Shown here: positions 61,489 through 64,000 of the stretch, one piece after another
Layout of the letters: every line of letters begins with the position of its first letter
How positions within the stretch are numbered: position 1 is the stretch's first letter
Translations under genes and position numbers: made by a program
Origin: Ascoidea asiatica JCM 7603
Lineage: Eukaryota > Fungi > Ascomycota
DNA: 64,000 nt
NCBI GenBank assembly: GCA_001600695.1
Contig: BCKQ01000003.1
Coordinates: 353,849-417,848, forward strand
Direction: 5' to 3'
The notes under the pieces: model-generated
Database searches by the model: none
Seen by the model: the letters and a program-made list of their open reading frames with translations, nothing else
Told to the model about the DNA's origin: nothing

Positions 61489-62415
61489 ATGGGATATCCT
61501 CTTAATATTGGTGGTATAACCAGAAAATTATCAGATAATATAACAATTCATTCTGGACCTTTTACAAGAGGAAGTTTTTTAAATTTTGGTTGTAGAATGG
61601 CAATTATTAAAGTTCCAACAGTTACAAATATTAATAATGATAATAATAATAATAATAATAAATATATTATTTGGTCATCATTACCATGGGGTAAAGAATT
61701 TGAAAAATCAATTGAATTATCTGGTATAAAAGATCCAAGTAAAGAAATTATTGCAATTATTGTACCTGATAATCAACATATTATTGGACTTAGATCAAAT
61801 TTAAAAGAAAAATTGAATAATAATTTTTTACAAATTATTGGTATGAATGATGGTTTAAATGAAAATGATTTAAAATTTATTGATATAAAATTTAATAATA
61901 ATTTATCTAATAAAATTATTAAAGGTAATGATTTAAAAAATTTAGGTATAAAAGATTCTGATTTAATTTCAAATTTTGAATTTATTTATCTTAATGGTCA
62001 TCATAATAAAGAACTTTTAATGTTTGATAAATTTAATAAAACTTTATTTGAAGCTGATTTATTTTTTAATATTAGAAATGAATATAGTGAACATTATTTA
62101 TATAATTTACCTTCAAATTTTAAAAATCCATTAACATCATTTATATTTCCAATTGATTCAAATTCAGATTCATGTATGGGAAAATTTCCAAATTCTGGTA
62201 AAAGTTTTTTTACAAGATATCTTAATAGTGATGCAAAATTATTTAATTCAATTACAAATGGTATTTTTCCAACAAAGGTTAATGATAATAAATTAGCAAT
62301 TCAAGAAATTGTTAAAAATTGGAATTTTGATAAAATTGTTATGTGTCATGGTAATGTTATTGAATCTGATGGTAAAAAAATCTTTGAAAATGCTTTCAAA
62401 AACCATTTGAAATAG
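61489..62415 (+). CDS. DUF4336-like / metallo-beta-lactamase-fold protein, copy 2
   Basis: HSGPFTR..FLNFGCRMAII, IIVPD.QH, GH.NKEL...KTLFEADLFFN, WNFDKIVMCHGNVIE. Confidence 0.75.
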   Translation: MGYPLNIGGITRKLSDNITIHSGPFTRGSFLNFGCRMAIIKVPTVTNINNDNNNNNNKYIIWSSLPWGKEFEKSIELSGIKDPSKEIIAIIVPDNQHIIGLRSNLKEKLNNNFLQIIGMNDGLNENDLKFIDIKFNNNLSNKIIKGNDLKNLGIKDSDLISNFEFIYLNGHHNKELLMFDKFNKTLFEADLFFNIRNEYSEHYLYNLPSNFKNPLTSFIFPIDSNSDSCMGKFPNSGKSFFTRYLNSDAKLFNSITNGIFPTKVNDNKLAIQEIVKNWNFDKIVMCHGNVIESDGKKIFENAFKNHLK

Positions 62416-63158
62416 TTTTTATTCGATATATTACTAAAATCTCTTATGTATGATTACTCTTTTTTTTTTTTTTATTCTTTTGTTTACCTTGTTTATAATT
62501 AATTAATATTATTTTTTACTGTTTAAAGAACTGTAATTGTAAATATATTTTAAGAGGCCCACAAATATGGTCTCGAGTGTCGTATTTTTAAAATTTGGGT
62601 TTCAAATAAGATTTGAACTTAAAGTTCGAATACATCAGCTGTACATTAGAAGGAGTTTTAAACCCAACTTTATTTTACTTTTTATCCTCGGAAATCTGAA
62701 TTCCGACCTTGATACTCCCAAAACAGAAAAACAAAAACAAAAACAAACCTCGGCTTTGAGATTAGAGAAGTTTCAAAAGTTTTAAAGCTAGAAATCGAAG
62801 ACTTTGAAAAGTTTGAAGAAGGACAGAAACTTTTTGTTTTTACAGGAAAAAAAGATTCAAAAACCACAAATACAGATTCTAAATAGCCATGAAGATTATT
62901 ATGTTTATAAGCAGCAACTACAGTAGGATTGGCATTTTATATGTACTGTGAAATTTTAAAGCTCGTTTTTTGAAGTTCGTATTTTAAAGCTCATCTTTTC
63001 TTTTGTAAATGAAAATGAAAATAACAGACAGAAAACTCATAAAAATAAATGAAAGTATTCATTATATTCAAGTGAATAAAAAACATGAGTAAATTAAAAA
63101 GCAAGAAGTGAAAAATTTCAAATCTCCAGTATTAAAATTAAAATATGAATAATTCAGT

Positions 63159-64000
63159 ATGATTCCTCAGTTAATAGTCGAAGTTTTTGAAGGTAAAAAT
63201 ATTCAAATTCCATATGAATTAAATTATAGTGGAATCAAATTAACTAAATTTCCAAAAGAACCTGAGAACCTGAAATTCTTTCATAAAGCTAATACAATCT
63301 TAAATATTAAAAAGAAAGTAGAAAAAAAACCTTTTTATGAAAATTATGATAAAAATCTTAATCCAAGTTGTTGGCTACCTGCTTTAAGCAGATGTATAAT
63401 AGATAAAGAATCTAGTACTCTCATTGATAACCTCGATACTAATAACAACTCTAAAAAATCTTACCCTTATATGATTCGACAATATTTATGTTTTGTTAGT
63501 GTGGCATATAATGGTTCGGTTAATCATATTCGTCCAATAAGAGGTACAATTAAGTCACCAAAATTTATGGGAAGAAATAATATGAATCGAATATATAATA
63601 AGCTTTCTGAACATTTTCAATTAAAAATAACTTATTATGCCTATTTACCAGAATATTTTATATCTCCAAAACAAAAAAAATTTGGAAATTTTGAACTTGG
63701 AAGTATATATTTAAATTTAAATTCTTTAATACTTTCAAAAAAATATTATCCTTTAAAACTAAAAAATAAACAAAATGGTGAATTACTAATAAAATTATCT
63801 TATGATCCTCCAGATTTTAGATTTAACTTTTTATCAGATACTTATTTCAACTTAGCTAATCAACCTGATTCAACTGAGTTTTTAATTGAAGATTTTAAAT
63901 TAATCACAACAATTAAAAATAGTGCTTTTGGAAGTGTTATAATTGTTCAAAAGAAAGATGATAAAAATTTTTTTGCATTAAAAGTAATTAAAAAGAGTAA
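63159..64000 (+). CDS. Divergent Ypk1/Gad8-like AGC kinase, 5' part (runs off the window; not in ORF track)
   Basis: Open frame from ATG 63159 (in-frame stop at 63150) to the window end. MIPQLIVEVFEG...GTIKSPKF...LKITYYAYLP...GELLIKLSYDP resembles the Ypk C2-like region, followed by IEDFKLITTIKNSAFGSVIIVQKKD..FFALKVIKKS. Confidence 0.75.
   Translation, partial: MIPQLIVEVFEGKNIQIPYELNYSGIKLTKFPKEPENLKFFHKANTILNIKKKVEKKPFYENYDKNLNPSCWLPALSRCIIDKESSTLIDNLDTNNNSKKSYPYMIRQYLCFVSVAYNGSVNHIRPIRGTIKSPKFMGRNNMNRIYNKLSEHFQLKITYYAYLPEYFISPKQKKFGNFELGSIYLNLNSLILSKKYYPLKLKNKQNGELLIKLSYDPPDFRFNFLSDTYFNLANQPDSTEFLIEDFKLITTIKNSAFGSVIIVQKKDDKNFFALKVIKKS

Overview
Eukaryotic, extremely AT-rich budding-yeast (Saccharomycotina) genomic DNA with poly-Asn-expanded proteins; the style resembles Ascoidea-like yeasts, but that attribution is inference. 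About 25 protein-coding genes: APQ12, a WSC sensor, IST3, a catalytically dead Cdc34-like E2, GVP36, SOG2, an intron-split REC114 that the ORF track broke in two, SKS1/VHS1, CAF20, EFR3, a RING-H2 protein, PGA2, CYC1, ESA1, COX6, MRS6, two DUF4336-like paralogs, ALG9, VPS21, an orphan with a C-terminal ubiquitin-like domain lacking Gly-Gly, gluconokinase, SSN3/CDK8, SUV3, and a divergent YPK-like kinase running off the right end (absent from the ORF track). Promoters form GC-rich islands against AT-rich ORFs. Most notable: an exact 17-bp-period array with a constant 11-bp core and unique 6-bp spacers in the EFR3/RING divergent promoter; a recurrent GAGACC promoter motif; several apparently disabled relatives of ubiquitin/kinase machinery; and a non-consensus intron in meiotic REC114. 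Family calls come from recalled homolog sequences, not database searches.
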